This document shows, in pieces, positions 29,149 to 43,319 of a stretch of 64,000 bases of DNA. A model generated the notes under the pieces. That model saw only the letters and a program-made list of their open reading frames with translations, was not told the DNA's origin and made no database searches. A program made the translations under genes and the position numbers. Origin of the DNA: Escherichia coli (lineage in GTDB: Bacteria > Pseudomonadota > Gammaproteobacteria > Enterobacterales > Enterobacteriaceae); the NCBI RefSeq assembly GCF_013122565.1, contig NZ_CP053258.1. The stretch is one strand, 5' to 3'. The stretch's first letter is position 1, and every line of letters starts with the position of its first letter.

Positions 29149-29252
29149 GTGTTGCGGTCTTCCTGTGTCGCTACTGCTTATCGGCTAATTATCCTGCGTC
29201 TTGAGCGCAACAAAGCGGGGAAAAGACGCGGATTACGGTGCTACCTCTGACG
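29149..29252 (-). promoter_or_regulatory. fliL operon promoter region (class 2, FlhDC-dependent by homology)
   Basis: Intergenic region between fliK stop and fliL start; promoter presence is from established knowledge of the fliLMNOPQR operon, no motif was scored. Confidence 0.35.
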
Positions 29253-30380
29253 TTAGGCGAAAATATCAACGCCGCTGTTGCCTGTTACACGCCCTTGTAA
29301 AGAGACGGGAACCGGAAGCGTATCGTCGTCTTCCCCCGCCAGAGGTTCATGGTTTGCTGTGCGTTGGCTTTGCTGTTGCTGGGAAGCGGCCTGCTGCTGA
29401 CCACTAAAGCTTTCGCCACTGATGTTGCTTTGCCCTAACTGAATGCCACTTTCGGCCAGCTGCGTACGCAGTACCGGCAGCGCTGCTTCCAGGGCGGCGC
29501 GTACGTGCTGATGTGGTGAAACCATCTGGATTTGCGCCTGGTTATCATCCACTTTGAGGGAGATTTGCACTTCACCTAAATCCTGCGGGTGCAGACGCAA
29601 CTCTGCACTTTGTTGCCCCTGGCGGGTAAACAGCAAAATATGCTGGCTTAATGATTGTTGCCATTCGTGAGAACCCAGCGGTGCACTCAAAACAGGCGCG
29701 GCGGCGGTGGGCAGTGGCTGTGTCTGGTGTGGAGTGATTAGCGGGCTGGCGGCAGCGGTCACCGACGAAGGCGTGCTGATGACTTCCGCTTTACTCTGGG
29801 CTTCTGCTATCAGCGGTGTTAATGGCTGAGCTGGCGTGCCGGGGGCGTCATCAGGCTGTGCTGTTGTGAGTTGCGCAGAAGTCAGTTTTGTGAAAAGCGT
29901 TGGTTTCTCTGTCGGTAACACGGTTGACGGTGCATCAGTCACTTTGGGCGTATTGTCAAAACCCGGCAACATCGCAAAAAGGGCACTCAGGCTGGCGGTG
30001 ACGTCTTCATTCAGATCATCCGCTTTTTCGTCTTTTGCCGTATTGTTGTCAGCCGCCGCAGCCAACGTTATCGTCTGAGCGGTGGTTAACGGTGTCGATG
30101 TGGATTGTTCGTCGTTGATGACAGGCGGTGTTTCATCCACAGGGATCAGTAAATCCGCTTGTTGCGCGTCGGAAACAATATCGCTGACCAGCGGCTCGCC
30201 TTTTGTCGTGGGCTTATCTGTTGCCACCAGCAACTGGGGAGTCGCTTTGTCGGTTGTTGCCTCGCCTGTTAATGCTTCGCTCAACAACGCGAGAAAATCT
30301 TGTGCAGCATCGCTGGCTTTGCCGCCAGACAATGTGGTGTTATCAACGTCAGCGGTAATCAAGGGCGCTATGCGAATCAT
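29253..30380 (-). CDS. fliK: Flagellar hook-length control protein FliK
   Basis: 375-aa ORF, Pro/Thr/Gln-rich central region, conserved C-terminal domain. Confidence 0.9.
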   Translation of the reverse strand: MIRIAPLITADVDNTTLSGGKASDAAQDFLALLSEALTGEATTDKATPQLLVATDKPTTKGEPLVSDIVSDAQQADLLIPVDETPPVINDEQSTSTPLTTAQTITLAAAADNNTAKDEKADDLNEDVTASLSALFAMLPGFDNTPKVTDAPSTVLPTEKPTLFTKLTSAQLTTAQPDDAPGTPAQPLTPLIAEAQSKAEVISTPSSVTAAASPLITPHQTQPLPTAAAPVLSAPLGSHEWQQSLSQHILLFTRQGQQSAELRLHPQDLGEVQISLKVDDNQAQIQMVSPHQHVRAALEAALPVLRTQLAESGIQLGQSNISGESFSGQQQAASQQQQSQRTANHEPLAGEDDDTLPVPVSLQGRVTGNSGVDIFA

Positions 30381-30820
30381 TCAGGTTTCCTCATGGCGGC
30401 GCGCTGGGCGAACTCATCCATCTTTTTCTGATCGAGGCGGTTTTCTGCAAGCAGTGCCGCCGTGGATTGCCGTTCCTGCAGTGTCTGCCAGGCCTGCAAA
30501 CGTTGTTTCTTTTCTCGCCAGCTGTTCAGGGCAATGTCAACTTTCTGCGTCCACTGATTAAGTTGCTGGCGATGCTGAGTAATGGCTTTTTCCAGCGTCT
30601 GGATAAACTGCTGATAGTTGATCCAGCGGTTGCTGGTCATCCCGGCACTCATATCGCTGTTGAGGTTATTGCGATATTCATTCTGATAATCGATCAGCAT
30701 TTTGAGCTGTTCTTCCGCCTGCTGACATCCGCGACGCATTTCACCCAGCAGGCGCGCGGCATCCTCTACCTCTTTTTCTGCCAGATCTTTCAGGGTCGCC
30801 AGCGCGCCATGTTCTGTCAT
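30377..30820 (-). CDS. fliJ: Flagellar export chaperone/stalk protein FliJ
   Basis: 147-aa [34 protein letters not shown]... Confidence 0.9.
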   Translation of the reverse strand: MTEHGALATLKDLAEKEVEDAARLLGEMRRGCQQAEEQLKMLIDYQNEYRNNLNSDMSAGMTSNRWINYQQFIQTLEKAITQHRQQLNQWTQKVDIALNSWREKKQRLQAWQTLQERQSTAALLAENRLDQKKMDEFAQRAAMRKPE

Positions 30821-30838
30821 CTGCCGTTATCTCCTGGG

Positions 30839-32211
30839 TTATGACACTGTCGGGAAAATACGCTCCAGCCCCTGGAGAGACGCTTCCCAGTCCGCGCGTT
30901 CAAAAATGCCTTGTTGCAAATAGCCCTCCAGCTGCGGCCACAGGGCGATGGCTTTGTCGAGCATCGGATCGCTGCCTTTGGCATACGCGCCGACGCTAAC
31001 CAGATCGCGGTTACGCTGAAAACTCGACAACAGCTGTTTGAAGGTGCGCACTCGCGCGTAATGTTGCTCGCTGATCAACGCCGTCATTGCGCGGCTGATC
31101 GACGCTTCAATATCGATAGCCGGATAGTGCCCGGCTTCCGCCAGTCGGCGAGACAGCACAATGTGACCGTCGAGGATCGCCCGCGCGGAGTCTGCAATGG
31201 GGTCCTGCTGGTCATCGCCTTCAGTAAGCACGGTATAAAACGCGGTAATCGAGCCGCCGCCGCTAATGCCATTTCCGGCACGCTCGACCAGTGCCGGTAA
31301 TTTGGCAAACACCGACGGTGGATAACCTTTGGTGGCGGGTGGTTCGCCAATCGCCAGCGCAATTTCACGCTGGGCCATCGCGTAGCGGGTGAGGGAGTCC
31401 ATAATCAGCAACACATGCTGACCACGATCGCGAAAATCTTCGGCAATGCGCGTGGCATAGGCGGCACCTTGCATTCGCAGGAGCGGAGACACATCCGCCG
31501 GAGCGGCAATCACCACTGATCGTGCACGCCCTTCGGCACCGAGGATATTCTCAATAAAATCTTTTACTTCGCGCCCACGTTCACCAATCAAACCCACGAC
31601 AATGACATCGGCGCGGGTGTAACGTGCCATCATCCCCAGCAGCACACTTTTACCAACGCCGGACCCGGCAAACAGCCCCATACGCTGCCCACGCCCAACG
31701 GTAAGCAGGGCATTGATTGGGCGCACGCCGGTGTCCAGCACATGTTCAATCGGTGTACGTTGCAACGGGTTAAATGGCGGGGTAATCAGCGCACCGGTTT
31801 CCGTCGTATCGGGGGAGGGCAGGCCATCGAGCGGTTTACCGCTGCCGTCCAGAACGCGACCTAATAACGCCGGACCGAGCGGCAACTGCTTGCCGCTTTG
31901 CAGCCCTTCTGTCGAAATGTTTTTGGCATAAACACGCGCGCCGGGCAGGACACCTTCCACTTCCTCCAGCGGCATTAAAAACAGCCGTTGACCGTTAAAG
32001 CCAACGACTTCGCTTTCTACTTCGTGCGTTTCGCTGCCGTTCTGGCGCTCAATGACACAGGTTGCGCCGAGCGGCAATTGTAATCCGGTGGCTTCCAGCA
32101 CCAGCCCGGTAGCGCGAGTTAATCGCCCGTAGCGACGTACCGCAGGCAACTGCGCCATTTTGGCTTCAAAGTTATCCAGCGTGGTTAGCCAGCGAGTCAG
32201 GCGCGTGGTCA

Positions 32212-32212
<1 letters not shown>
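30839..32212 (-). CDS. fliI: Flagellum-specific ATPase FliI
   Basis: 457-aa ORF with Walker A GSGVGKS and Walker B; stop overlaps fliH region. Confidence 0.92.
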
Positions 32213-35537
<3,325 letters not shown>

Positions 35538-35751
35538 CGCGCACCTCGTGGCTGATTATGGACGGCGTTATTGGCAAAGTGGAACAAGACTCACTCCCGG
35601 GTCAGCAAACTCGAAAAATTGACGCTCCCATTATTTGTGCTTTCGTTTTTTTCTATCCGCCAATAAACCCGTTTTTTTGTTGCTATTTAGCGCCTTTGTC
35701 TTATTGACTTACTGGTAGGCTTTGCTACCAGAAATTATCCGGGAGATGAAA
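35538..35751. promoter_or_regulatory. Divergent fliF / fliE promoter region (class 2, FlhDC-dependent by homology)
   Basis: 214-bp intergenic region between divergently transcribed fliF and fliE; promoter assignment from established flagellar regulon knowledge. Confidence 0.4.
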
Positions 35752-36066
35752 ATGTCAGCGATACAGGGGATTGAAGGGGTTATCAGCCAGTTACAGGCTA
35801 CGGCGATGAGTGCGCGTGCACAGGAGTCCCTGCCACAACCGACCATTAGTTTTGCCGGGCAGCTGCACGCCGCGCTCGATCGCATAAGCGATACACAAAC
35901 AGCCGCCCGCACGCAGGCAGAAAAATTCACTCTCGGTGAACCCGGCGTGGCGTTAAACGATGTGATGACCGATATGCAAAAAGCCTCAGTTTCTATGCAA
36001 ATGGGGATTCAGGTGCGTAATAAGCTGGTGGCGGCGTATCAGGAAGTGATGAGCATGCAGGTATAG
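35752..36066 (+). CDS. fliE: Flagellar hook-basal body protein FliE (104 aa)
   Basis: ORF 35722..36066 contains [24 protein letters not shown]...; start set at ATG 35752. Confidence 0.9.
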   Translation: MSAIQGIEGVISQLQATAMSARAQESLPQPTISFAGQLHAALDRISDTQTAARTQAEKFTLGEPGVALNDVMTDMQKASVSMQMGIQVRNKLVAAYQEVMSMQV

Positions 36067-36456
36067 GTTGTGTAACCTGTTGTTAATTACATCCGATCTC
36101 ACAGCGTGGGGCATGGATGGGGCAAACTCACTCTATTTCTGGTTTAAAATGGATACCTGATCATGAACGTTTTCTGCCATCCACGCTCCGTAACGCGATA
36201 ACCCCCTGAATATCAGAGTGTCTCATTTGACACATCACCACGTCGGATGTTGTTACGACCACAGACGCAACAGTAACCTCTGGATAATTTAATCTTTGTT
36301 GATGTTTTTATTCATATTCCGGGCTAGGGAAATAATCAGGCATAATTGTGTCACTGGAATAGAGGTTTCTTGTGGCGCATGTGGAAGGAGCGTCTACTAT
36401 TGTCTAATAGAGATTTCTTATTACGCAGTTTTGTTCATCACTAATCTCCAGGTTTA

Positions 36457-37125
36457 TCAAACAGGTTGAATTAACTCCGCGCCCTGGTTTTTAACATTAC
36501 CCACCGCGCGCGATACCGGGTGCCAGGTGAACTGGTTTGCTGACACACAACCACTGGTAGCGATTTCTGAGGCTTCTTTACCGCCAATATCTTGCCGCAT
36601 CCATTCCCGCGCAGCTTCTGGCGACAGAACCAGAGGGCGGCGGTCATGAATATCTACCAGACCCTGGTCTGCTGCTGCAGTGACGATCAAAAATCCTTCG
36701 GCTTCGTCACCACGCTCGAACGGTGTGCTACCTATCGCGGCCATAAAAATAGGTTGTCCATCAGCACGATAGATAAAAAAAGGCTGTTTTTTGTCGCCTT
36801 CTTTTTTCCACTCAAACCAGCCATCGGCAAAACAGATTGCCCGACCATGTTGCCAGAGCGGCTTAAACATGCGACTGGTTGCGGCAGTTTCTACGCGGGC
36901 GTTAATCAGCGGCGGTTTATCCCACCATCCGGGAGCATATCCCCAGAAAACCGGATCCAGATGAAGGTGTTCGTCACGTTCACTGAGCAGAAGGACTTTG
37001 GTTCCCGGCGCGACGTTGTATCTGCCAATGGGTTCGGGATCATAGGGAATATCGCGTTCAATATCTTCCGCGAGAAGCGCAAGGTAATCTTCACGCGTTT
37101 GGGATTGGGCAAAGCGTCCACACAT
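36457..37125 (-). CDS. yedK: SOS-response-associated peptidase (SRAP) YedK, abasic-site processing protein (222 aa)
   Basis: ORF 36457..37218 contains MCGRFAQSQTREDYLALL... with the SRAP N-terminal Cys2; start set at ATG 37125. Confidence 0.88.
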   Translation of the reverse strand: MCGRFAQSQTREDYLALLAEDIERDIPYDPEPIGRYNVAPGTKVLLLSERDEHLHLDPVFWGYAPGWWDKPPLINARVETAATSRMFKPLWQHGRAICFADGWFEWKKEGDKKQPFFIYRADGQPIFMAAIGSTPFERGDEAEGFLIVTAAADQGLVDIHDRRPLVLSPEAAREWMRQDIGGKEASEIATSGCVSANQFTWHPVSRAVGNVKNQGAELIQPV

Positions 37126-37233
37126 AGAAACCTCCTGAGAGCACACTGAAAAGAATAGGAGAGGGGGCGGGTAAAATCTATGTGGTACAGAGGCAACGAT
37201 ATTCCCGCTGTGGGCCACAGCGGGAATGAGGGA

Positions 37234-37467
37234 TTACTTCTGAATTAAATAACGAATGGTCGGCCCGTCTTGCTGAATATCCAGCACCGTATAGCCGTGA
37301 TTACGCGCATCCAGTGGAATATTATTGATCGACTGCGGACAGTCGCTCACCACTTCCAGGATTTCCCCTTTTTTTAACTGCGGCATCGCCTCAAGAGTTG
37401 CGACTGCCGGATAAGGGCAGGGTTCACCCACCATATCAAGGCGGTAATCAGGAACGATATTTTTCAT
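37234..37467 (-). CDS. yedF: TusA-like sulfur-carrier protein YedF
   Basis: 77-aa ORF with CPYP motif (MVGEPCPYPAVATLEAM); start overlaps yedE stop. Confidence 0.88.
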   Translation of the reverse strand: MKNIVPDYRLDMVGEPCPYPAVATLEAMPQLKKGEILEVVSDCPQSINNIPLDARNHGYTVLDIQQDGPTIRYLIQK

Positions 37468-38669
37468 GCGATCTCCTTAGCAGTCTGCGGTGCCGCACGG
37501 CGGAAGAAGCGTTTTTCCCAGCCGATAATCAACATCAGCGCAGCAAACAACAGCAAATATGTCACCAGCAGGCCACCCATCGGGCCAAAGGTTTTCAGCA
37601 GGTTAATTTTGTCCCAGTCGGTGGCCAGCGCCGGAGCGAAATCATCCCAGTAATACGCCAGAATCGTTGAGCCGATCACGTTGCCCAGACCGACCCACCA
37701 GTAGTGCACCTGGCCTTCTACCGCGCGGTACATCCAGCCGGTTTCGCAGCCGCCTGCCAGCACGATGCCAAAACCAAACAGTAAACCACCAATTACCGCG
37801 TTTGGTCCTGCCCACATGATTTTGGGTTCAACACCTAACTGTACGTAACTGAAGATCCCGATGGCACTCACCGCCATACCGATAATGATTGCTTTCGCCA
37901 TATGGGTACGTCCGGTGATCCACATATCGCGGAACGCCGAAGTAAAGCAGATTTGCGCACGTTCAATCAGTAAACCAAAGCCGACGCCAAACAGCATTGC
38001 CAGCCCCAGTTTTGGTTGGTTCATCGCCGTGAGCAGCGCCCAGCCCTGCATACCGAAAAAGACCAGCATCCCGAGACGAAAACGACGCCGCGCCTGATCC
38101 GGTTTTTGCGTCAGCGGTGAGGCGGCAGAAACTTTCTGCATTTTCACGGGAATACGGAAGATGGGCAGCAGGGTAAAGCGCGCGCCAAACCATGAACCAA
38201 TGGCAGTGGCGATGGCAAAGAACCAGGCATGCAGCGAGAACTGAGGAATACCGGTAAAGAACGCCGCCAGGTTACAGCCCATTGCCAGACGCGCGCCAAA
38301 ACCAGCGATAATACCGCCAATGATGGCCTGCATAATGCGGATACGGCTGCGTGGCATGCGCAGTTTGACATTGTTGGCCCACAGCGCTGCGGCAAAGCAG
38401 CCGCCAAACATACCGAGGATCATCATCCCGTCGATGCGGGTTAATGGCGATCCTTCCAGATGGATAATTTTAAAGTAACCCCACTCTTCAGCATGGACGC
38501 CGAACAGCTGCAGGAGCTGGCCGCCCCAACGGGTAAATTCACCCGTGACAGCCCAAAAGGTGCCAGTGATGCCAAAATAGTAAGTGGAGAGAATACCCGC
38601 CGCGATGACCGCGGGGATGGGCGCCCAGAATTTAATCAACCAGGCGTGTTTGAATTGCTGCCATGACAT
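37464..38669 (-). CDS. yedE: YedE family inner membrane transporter (putative selenium/thiosulfate uptake)
   Basis: 401-aa polytopic membrane ORF MSWQQFKHAWLIKFWAPIPAVIAAGILSTYYFG... Confidence 0.88.
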   Translation of the reverse strand: MSWQQFKHAWLIKFWAPIPAVIAAGILSTYYFGITGTFWAVTGEFTRWGGQLLQLFGVHAEEWGYFKIIHLEGSPLTRIDGMMILGMFGGCFAAALWANNVKLRMPRSRIRIMQAIIGGIIAGFGARLAMGCNLAAFFTGIPQFSLHAWFFAIATAIGSWFGARFTLLPIFRIPVKMQKVSAASPLTQKPDQARRRFRLGMLVFFGMQGWALLTAMNQPKLGLAMLFGVGFGLLIERAQICFTSAFRDMWITGRTHMAKAIIIGMAVSAIGIFSYVQLGVEPKIMWAGPNAVIGGLLFGFGIVLAGGCETGWMYRAVEGQVHYWWVGLGNVIGSTILAYYWDDFAPALATDWDKINLLKTFGPMGGLLVTYLLLFAALMLIIGWEKRFFRRAAPQTAKEIA

Positions 38670-38855
38670 GAATGTAGCCTCTGAACTCAGAAGGTTTGAA
38701 ACAAGAGTCGCGAATCATACATCAAGCAAATTTATTTTCGGGGTAATAATTCACAAAAATAATAGTTAGATCAAATTTCTCGCTGAACCTGGAAAGGCTG
38801 GCGACATCAGGGCTTTAATGCCACAATCCTCTTTTCTTCTCATGCAGGACGAATG

Positions 38856-39269
38856 ATGAAAAAACTCGCAATTGCAGGCGCGCTCATGTTGCTGGCGGGC
38901 TGTGCCGAAGTCGAAAACTATAACAATGTCGTGAAAACCCCCGCGCCGGACTGGCTGGCGGGCTACTGGCAGACCAAAGGGCCGCAACGTGCGCTGGTCA
39001 GTCCGGAAGCGATAGGCAGCCTGATTGTCACTAAAGCGGGCGATACCCTGGATTGCCGTCAGTGGCAGCGGGTGATTGCCGTGCCGGGTAAGTTGACATT
39101 GATGTCTGATGATCTCACTAACGTTACCGTAAAACGTGAGCTGTACGAGGTTGAGCGTGACGGTAACACCATTGAGTACGATGGTATGACGATGGAGCGT
39201 GTGGATCGCCCGACAGCAGAGTGTGCCGCCGCGCTGGATAAAGCGCCGTTACCGACGCCACTGCCGTAA
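38856..39269 (+). CDS. yedD: Lipoprotein YedD (137 aa)
   Basis: ORF 38853..39269 begins MMKKLAIAGALMLLAGC (lipobox LAGC); second ATG chosen. Confidence 0.85.
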   Translation: MKKLAIAGALMLLAGCAEVENYNNVVKTPAPDWLAGYWQTKGPQRALVSPEAIGSLIVTKAGDTLDCRQWQRVIAVPGKLTLMSDDLTNVTVKRELYEVERDGNTIEYDGMTMERVDRPTAECAAALDKAPLPTPLP

Positions 39270-39302
39270 TGAAATCTCCCCGGCTTGCTGCCGGGGATGA
39301 AT

Positions 39303-40790
39303 TTAAATCACCTCTTCGATAACCCACACGCTAACGCTGCCGCCGTTGCAAAAGAAGGTCGCTTCGCCGTTTTCGTCGGTTACTACACTCTCTTGCCGGT
39401 TCCCAAGAAAATCACGCCAGGTTTTATTGCCGTAATTCTCTCCTAAATGAATGGTTTTTTCGCCATCATCTCCGTTCGACATGACCACCACGCAGCCGGG
39501 ATATTCGTCGGTGCCACTGCGGCTAAAGGCAATGCAGTTCGGATGGTCGAAAAATAACGTCTGTACACCGTGGGCGAAACGCTGACGGGCGAGAATTAAC
39601 TCATCAAGTTGTTCGATTATTGGCATATCTATCGGATAGGTTTGCCCGTCACCGCCGACATCTTCGTAATGTGCACCGTAGAGATCCGGATAGAACACCG
39701 AAGGAACGCCATTTTCCCGCAACAAAATTAAGGCATATGCCAGCGGTTTAAACCACGGTTCGACCGGCGCTTCGAGGGCTTGCAACGGTTGGGTGTCGTG
39801 GTTGGCAACGAGCGTCACGGCGTGGAAAGGATCGGCTTCCACTAATGTACCCGTGAAAATCTGCGTCATGTCGTAGTCGCGCCCCATGCGCGATGCTTCA
39901 TGGAATTTCATCTGCAGCGGTGCATCGAACAGCATGGTTTTGCCTTCCACCTGATCAATATACGTTTGCAGTTTATCGACTTCATGCGACCAGTACTCTG
40001 CCACAATAAACAGCGGCTTTGGCGCAACTTCCTGTACGTGTTCGATCCACTCTTTATAAAACCACGCCGGTATATGTTTGACCGCATCAAGACGAAAACC
40101 GTCGCATTGTGTTTGTTCCATCACCCAGCGCGCCCAGTATTTAATCTCTTCCGTCACGGCATGATTGCGGAAATCGATATTCTCACCCATCAGATAATCG
40201 AAATTACCGAGTTCATCATCAACCTGATCGTTCCAGCCTTCGCCGGTGTAGTCGTTAACAATTTTAAATATGCCATCTTCATCAGGATTTTCGATATGGT
40301 CGATACCGCTAAAACATTTGAAATCCCAGATAAACTGCGAGTATTGCCCGGCACGAGCGGGGAAGGTGTAACGCGTCCAGCCTTCGCACTCAATGATTTC
40401 TTCGTCAATTTGCGTACGGTCATCAGCATTTACACGCTGCACGCGAATAGCTTCTTTTTCATCCGCGCCCATTTTGTGGTTGACTACCACATCCAACAGC
40501 ACCGCAATGTCATTACGTTTCAGAGCGTCAATGGCGGCCAGCAGTTGTGCTTTATCGCCATATTTAGTAGGGATGCTGCCTTTCTGATCAAACTCGCCTA
40601 AATCAAATAAATCATAGGAGTCGTAGCCGACCGAATACCCGCCCGATGCGCCTTTATAGGCGGGCGGCAACCAGACCATATTGATACCAATATCATTAAA
40701 ACCGTCGGCGCGCTCGGCCAGTTCAGGCCAGAGCTTACCGCCTTCCGGGTAATACCAGTGAAAACATTGTAACAGCGTGGGATTACGCAT
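39303..40790 (-). CDS. amyA: Cytoplasmic alpha-amylase AmyA
   Basis: 495-aa [50 protein letters not shown]...; GH13 motifs. Confidence 0.92.
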   Translation of the reverse strand: MRNPTLLQCFHWYYPEGGKLWPELAERADGFNDIGINMVWLPPAYKGASGGYSVGYDSYDLFDLGEFDQKGSIPTKYGDKAQLLAAIDALKRNDIAVLLDVVVNHKMGADEKEAIRVQRVNADDRTQIDEEIIECEGWTRYTFPARAGQYSQFIWDFKCFSGIDHIENPDEDGIFKIVNDYTGEGWNDQVDDELGNFDYLMGENIDFRNHAVTEEIKYWARWVMEQTQCDGFRLDAVKHIPAWFYKEWIEHVQEVAPKPLFIVAEYWSHEVDKLQTYIDQVEGKTMLFDAPLQMKFHEASRMGRDYDMTQIFTGTLVEADPFHAVTLVANHDTQPLQALEAPVEPWFKPLAYALILLRENGVPSVFYPDLYGAHYEDVGGDGQTYPIDMPIIEQLDELILARQRFAHGVQTLFFDHPNCIAFSRSGTDEYPGCVVVMSNGDDGEKTIHLGENYGNKTWRDFLGNRQESVVTDENGEATFFCNGGSVSVWVIEEVI

Positions 40791-40867
40791 TCTTCGACTC
40801 CATTCAAGGGGAACATTAGAAGCGTAGCCGTAATCAGATTATTCGCGAGCCATTAGCTCGTTAAGAT

Positions 40868-41233
40868 TCACGAGAAGTTATCTTGCGGAGCCAGCACAAA
40901 GCCGCCCTGATCGCCATAGGCACTTAACACCGATTTTTGCACCGATGACTGACCGACCAGTTTCGCCAGTTCATTCATCCGAATCTGTAATAACTGCTTT
41001 ACCTTGCTTTCGTTATCGAGAATCAGGCGCAGCATCGGGCGGAGCTGCTCCTGCATCGTGGTGGACGGGTCAATCTCATCAGTCAGATGTGCAATCTCCT
41101 GCACCGCATTCACATACGCCATTTCGCTGGCGATGAGTTCGTCCCATTGTTCTTCCGTTGCCAGGCGTAACATGAGCTGGCTTTTTTCGACGAGTTGTTG
41201 CCAGGCGAAATACAAATGCGGTGCGTGGTTCAT
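40868..41233 (-). CDS. fliT: Flagellar export chaperone FliT
   Basis: 121-aa [36 protein letters not shown]... Confidence 0.9.
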   Translation of the reverse strand: MNHAPHLYFAWQQLVEKSQLMLRLATEEQWDELIASEMAYVNAVQEIAHLTDEIDPSTTMQEQLRPMLRLILDNESKVKQLLQIRMNELAKLVGQSSVQKSVLSAYGDQGGFVLAPQDNFS

Positions 41234-41643
41234 CAGACTGGGTCCTGAATCAAAGAAGGGGAGAGTAACGACTCTTTCCAGGCATCGGCAATATTGCGCA
41301 TTAATGCTTCCACTTCTTCGACTGCGGAGACATCGTTGCGTAAATTGGCTTGCAGCAAACGCCTGACCATATAGCTATAAAGAGCAATCAAGTTTTGGGT
41401 TAATTCGTCTTTGCTCTCTTCATCAAGACTCACCCGAAGTCCGTTCTCAATGATGTTGATCGCTTTTGACAAAGAGACGCCTTTGCCTTGCTGATTGTTG
41501 TCCTGCATAAACAGGCGCGCTCTAACCAGTGCGCTCAGCACTCCATCAAATAGCATGGTGACCAGCTGCTGCTGGCTGGCGCTCATTACGGCGCTTTCGA
41601 CGCCAATTTGTGCATAGGCCTGGGTGCCTTTTGCCGCGTACAT
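41233..41643 (-). CDS. fliS: Flagellin-specific export chaperone FliS
   Basis: 136-aa [37 protein letters not shown]... Confidence 0.9.
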   Translation of the reverse strand: MYAAKGTQAYAQIGVESAVMSASQQQLVTMLFDGVLSALVRARLFMQDNNQQGKGVSLSKAINIIENGLRVSLDEESKDELTQNLIALYSYMVRRLLQANLRNDVSAVEEVEALMRNIADAWKESLLSPSLIQDPV

Positions 41644-41658
41644 AGTTTCTCCTGAAGA

Positions 41659-43074
41659 TTATTTCGAGTTGCTATTTGAGGTGTCGAACTGCTGTGTCAG
41701 ATAGCTACTGGTGGAGTTAAGCGAGTTCATTAACACATCTAATTGGGTGAACTGGGCTTTATAGCGCGTCATTAAGGTATCGATACGCTCACTGGCTGCG
41801 TTGTACTGGTCGGTCAAATTATTAAGCGTTTTGCTGACGCCATCTTTTGCGGCCTGGATTATCCCGGTGGAAGAGAGCCAACTGGTCAGGTTGCTACTAA
41901 TGCCGGTGGTTACCCCTGTACTTTTACCGTCACCTATAAACATTTCACCGATGCCAGCGGCATCTTTTTTTAGCGCCGTTTGCAGTTTGTCAGTCGCGAT
42001 TTCCAGCTTGCCGGTACTGGCATCGCTGGTAATGCCAATCTGTGCCAGCGTTTTATAGTTTGAACTGCTGTGAGTATTGGCGAGCAAGGTTTTAAGCTGA
42101 GTCTGGATGGTACGCAGTGTGGAGTCACCGAGTAATGCGCCATTACTGGAGTCCTGACTTTCTGCTCCGGCATCGACAGCGGTGTATTTGGTTAAGCTAC
42201 TGAATGTATCCTGCAATGTGTTATAGGCATCCACCCATGCTTTGACCGCATTTTCAGCTTTGGATGTGTCTTTATTGATGGTCAGTGTCTGATTACCGGT
42301 GGTGACGTCATTCAGGTTGAGTGTGATATCTTCCAGCGCGTCGCTGATAGTGTTACTGCTGTTTTCAATCTCAACGTTATTGACTGTCAGTTTGGCGTTT
42401 TGCGCGGTGACGCTTTCAATCATGCCATTGCTGCTATCACCCGACGTTCCGTTGTAACCCATAAAACTTTCCAGGGCGCTGTCGCCGCTGACGCTAAGTT
42501 TCATAGCGTTATCGTTGCCCGTATCGTTAGCGGTGATGGACAGACGATATTCGCCGTTTCTCACATTGATGATACTGGCGCTGACACCAGCTTTGGCGTT
42601 GTTAATGGCATCGCGAATGCCGGAAAGTGACGAGTTAGCTGCGCTGATATCAATCGTGACCGGATCTTTACCGCCGCCTTGCTGGATGGTCAGTACGCTA
42701 TCGCTGGTGGCGATGGCAGCTTTACTGTCTTTTTGACTAATTTTTGTGGTCAGCGTTTGTGCCTGCGCCAGTTGGCTAACGCTAATGGTGTATTTCCCGG
42801 CAATCGCGCTGCCCGTGGTGGTGGCGCTGAAAGCCGATGAACTGCTGGTGGTTGAAGTGGCGGTAAATAAATCGGCTTTATTCAGTGCTGTGTTGGCTGT
42901 CTGGAAACTCTCTAGTGCACTTTTCAGCGTCCCGTAGGCGCTCAGTTTCGCGGTGTAAGAGCTTTGCTGTTTTGATATCGGCGTCAGGGTAGATTTTTCT
43001 GCCGCCTCCAGACTGTCAAGGATGCTGCTTAAATCCAGCCCCGACCCAACCCCAAGCGTTGAAATACTAGCCAT
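41659..43074 (-). CDS. fliD: Flagellar filament cap protein FliD
   Basis: 471-aa ORF MASISTLGVGSGLDLSSILDSLEAAEKS...; conserved termini, variable centre. Confidence 0.9.
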   Translation of the reverse strand: MASISTLGVGSGLDLSSILDSLEAAEKSTLTPISKQQSSYTAKLSAYGTLKSALESFQTANTALNKADLFTATSTTSSSSAFSATTTGSAIAGKYTISVSQLAQAQTLTTKISQKDSKAAIATSDSVLTIQQGGGKDPVTIDISAANSSLSGIRDAINNAKAGVSASIINVRNGEYRLSITANDTGNDNAMKLSVSGDSALESFMGYNGTSGDSSNGMIESVTAQNAKLTVNNVEIENSSNTISDALEDITLNLNDVTTGNQTLTINKDTSKAENAVKAWVDAYNTLQDTFSSLTKYTAVDAGAESQDSSNGALLGDSTLRTIQTQLKTLLANTHSSSNYKTLAQIGITSDASTGKLEIATDKLQTALKKDAAGIGEMFIGDGKSTGVTTGISSNLTSWLSSTGIIQAAKDGVSKTLNNLTDQYNAASERIDTLMTRYKAQFTQLDVLMNSLNSTSSYLTQQFDTSNSNSK

Positions 43075-43116
43075 ATAAATTCCTTAATCATGCGACGTAT
43101 AGAACGAATACCGGGG

Positions 43117-43143
43117 TTATCGGCGTAAGCGGGGCAAAGTTTA
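43117..43143 (-). promoter_or_regulatory. Sigma-28 (FliA) class 3 promoter for fliDST
   Basis: Minus strand reads TAAACTTT-N11-GCCGATAA, matching the sigma-28 consensus TAAAGTTT-N11-GCCGATAA. Confidence 0.55.
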
Positions 43144-43216
43144 CGATTTATTTTTTGGCTTAATGACACGAACAGCAACGAGGAAGGGGAGTATTTCGAC
43201 CGCTAGAAAAAAATTC

Positions 43217-43243
43217 TAAAGGTTGTGAGTGACCAGACGATAA
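43217..43243 (+). promoter_or_regulatory. Sigma-28 (FliA) class 3 promoter for fliC
   Basis: TAAAGGTT-N11-GACGATAA on the plus strand, about 75 bp upstream of the fliC ATG. Confidence 0.55.
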
Positions 43244-43319
43244 CAGGGTTGACGGCGACGAAGCCGAAGGGTGGAAGCCCAATACTTAAACCGTAGACTT
43301 GAAAACAGGAAAATGAATC

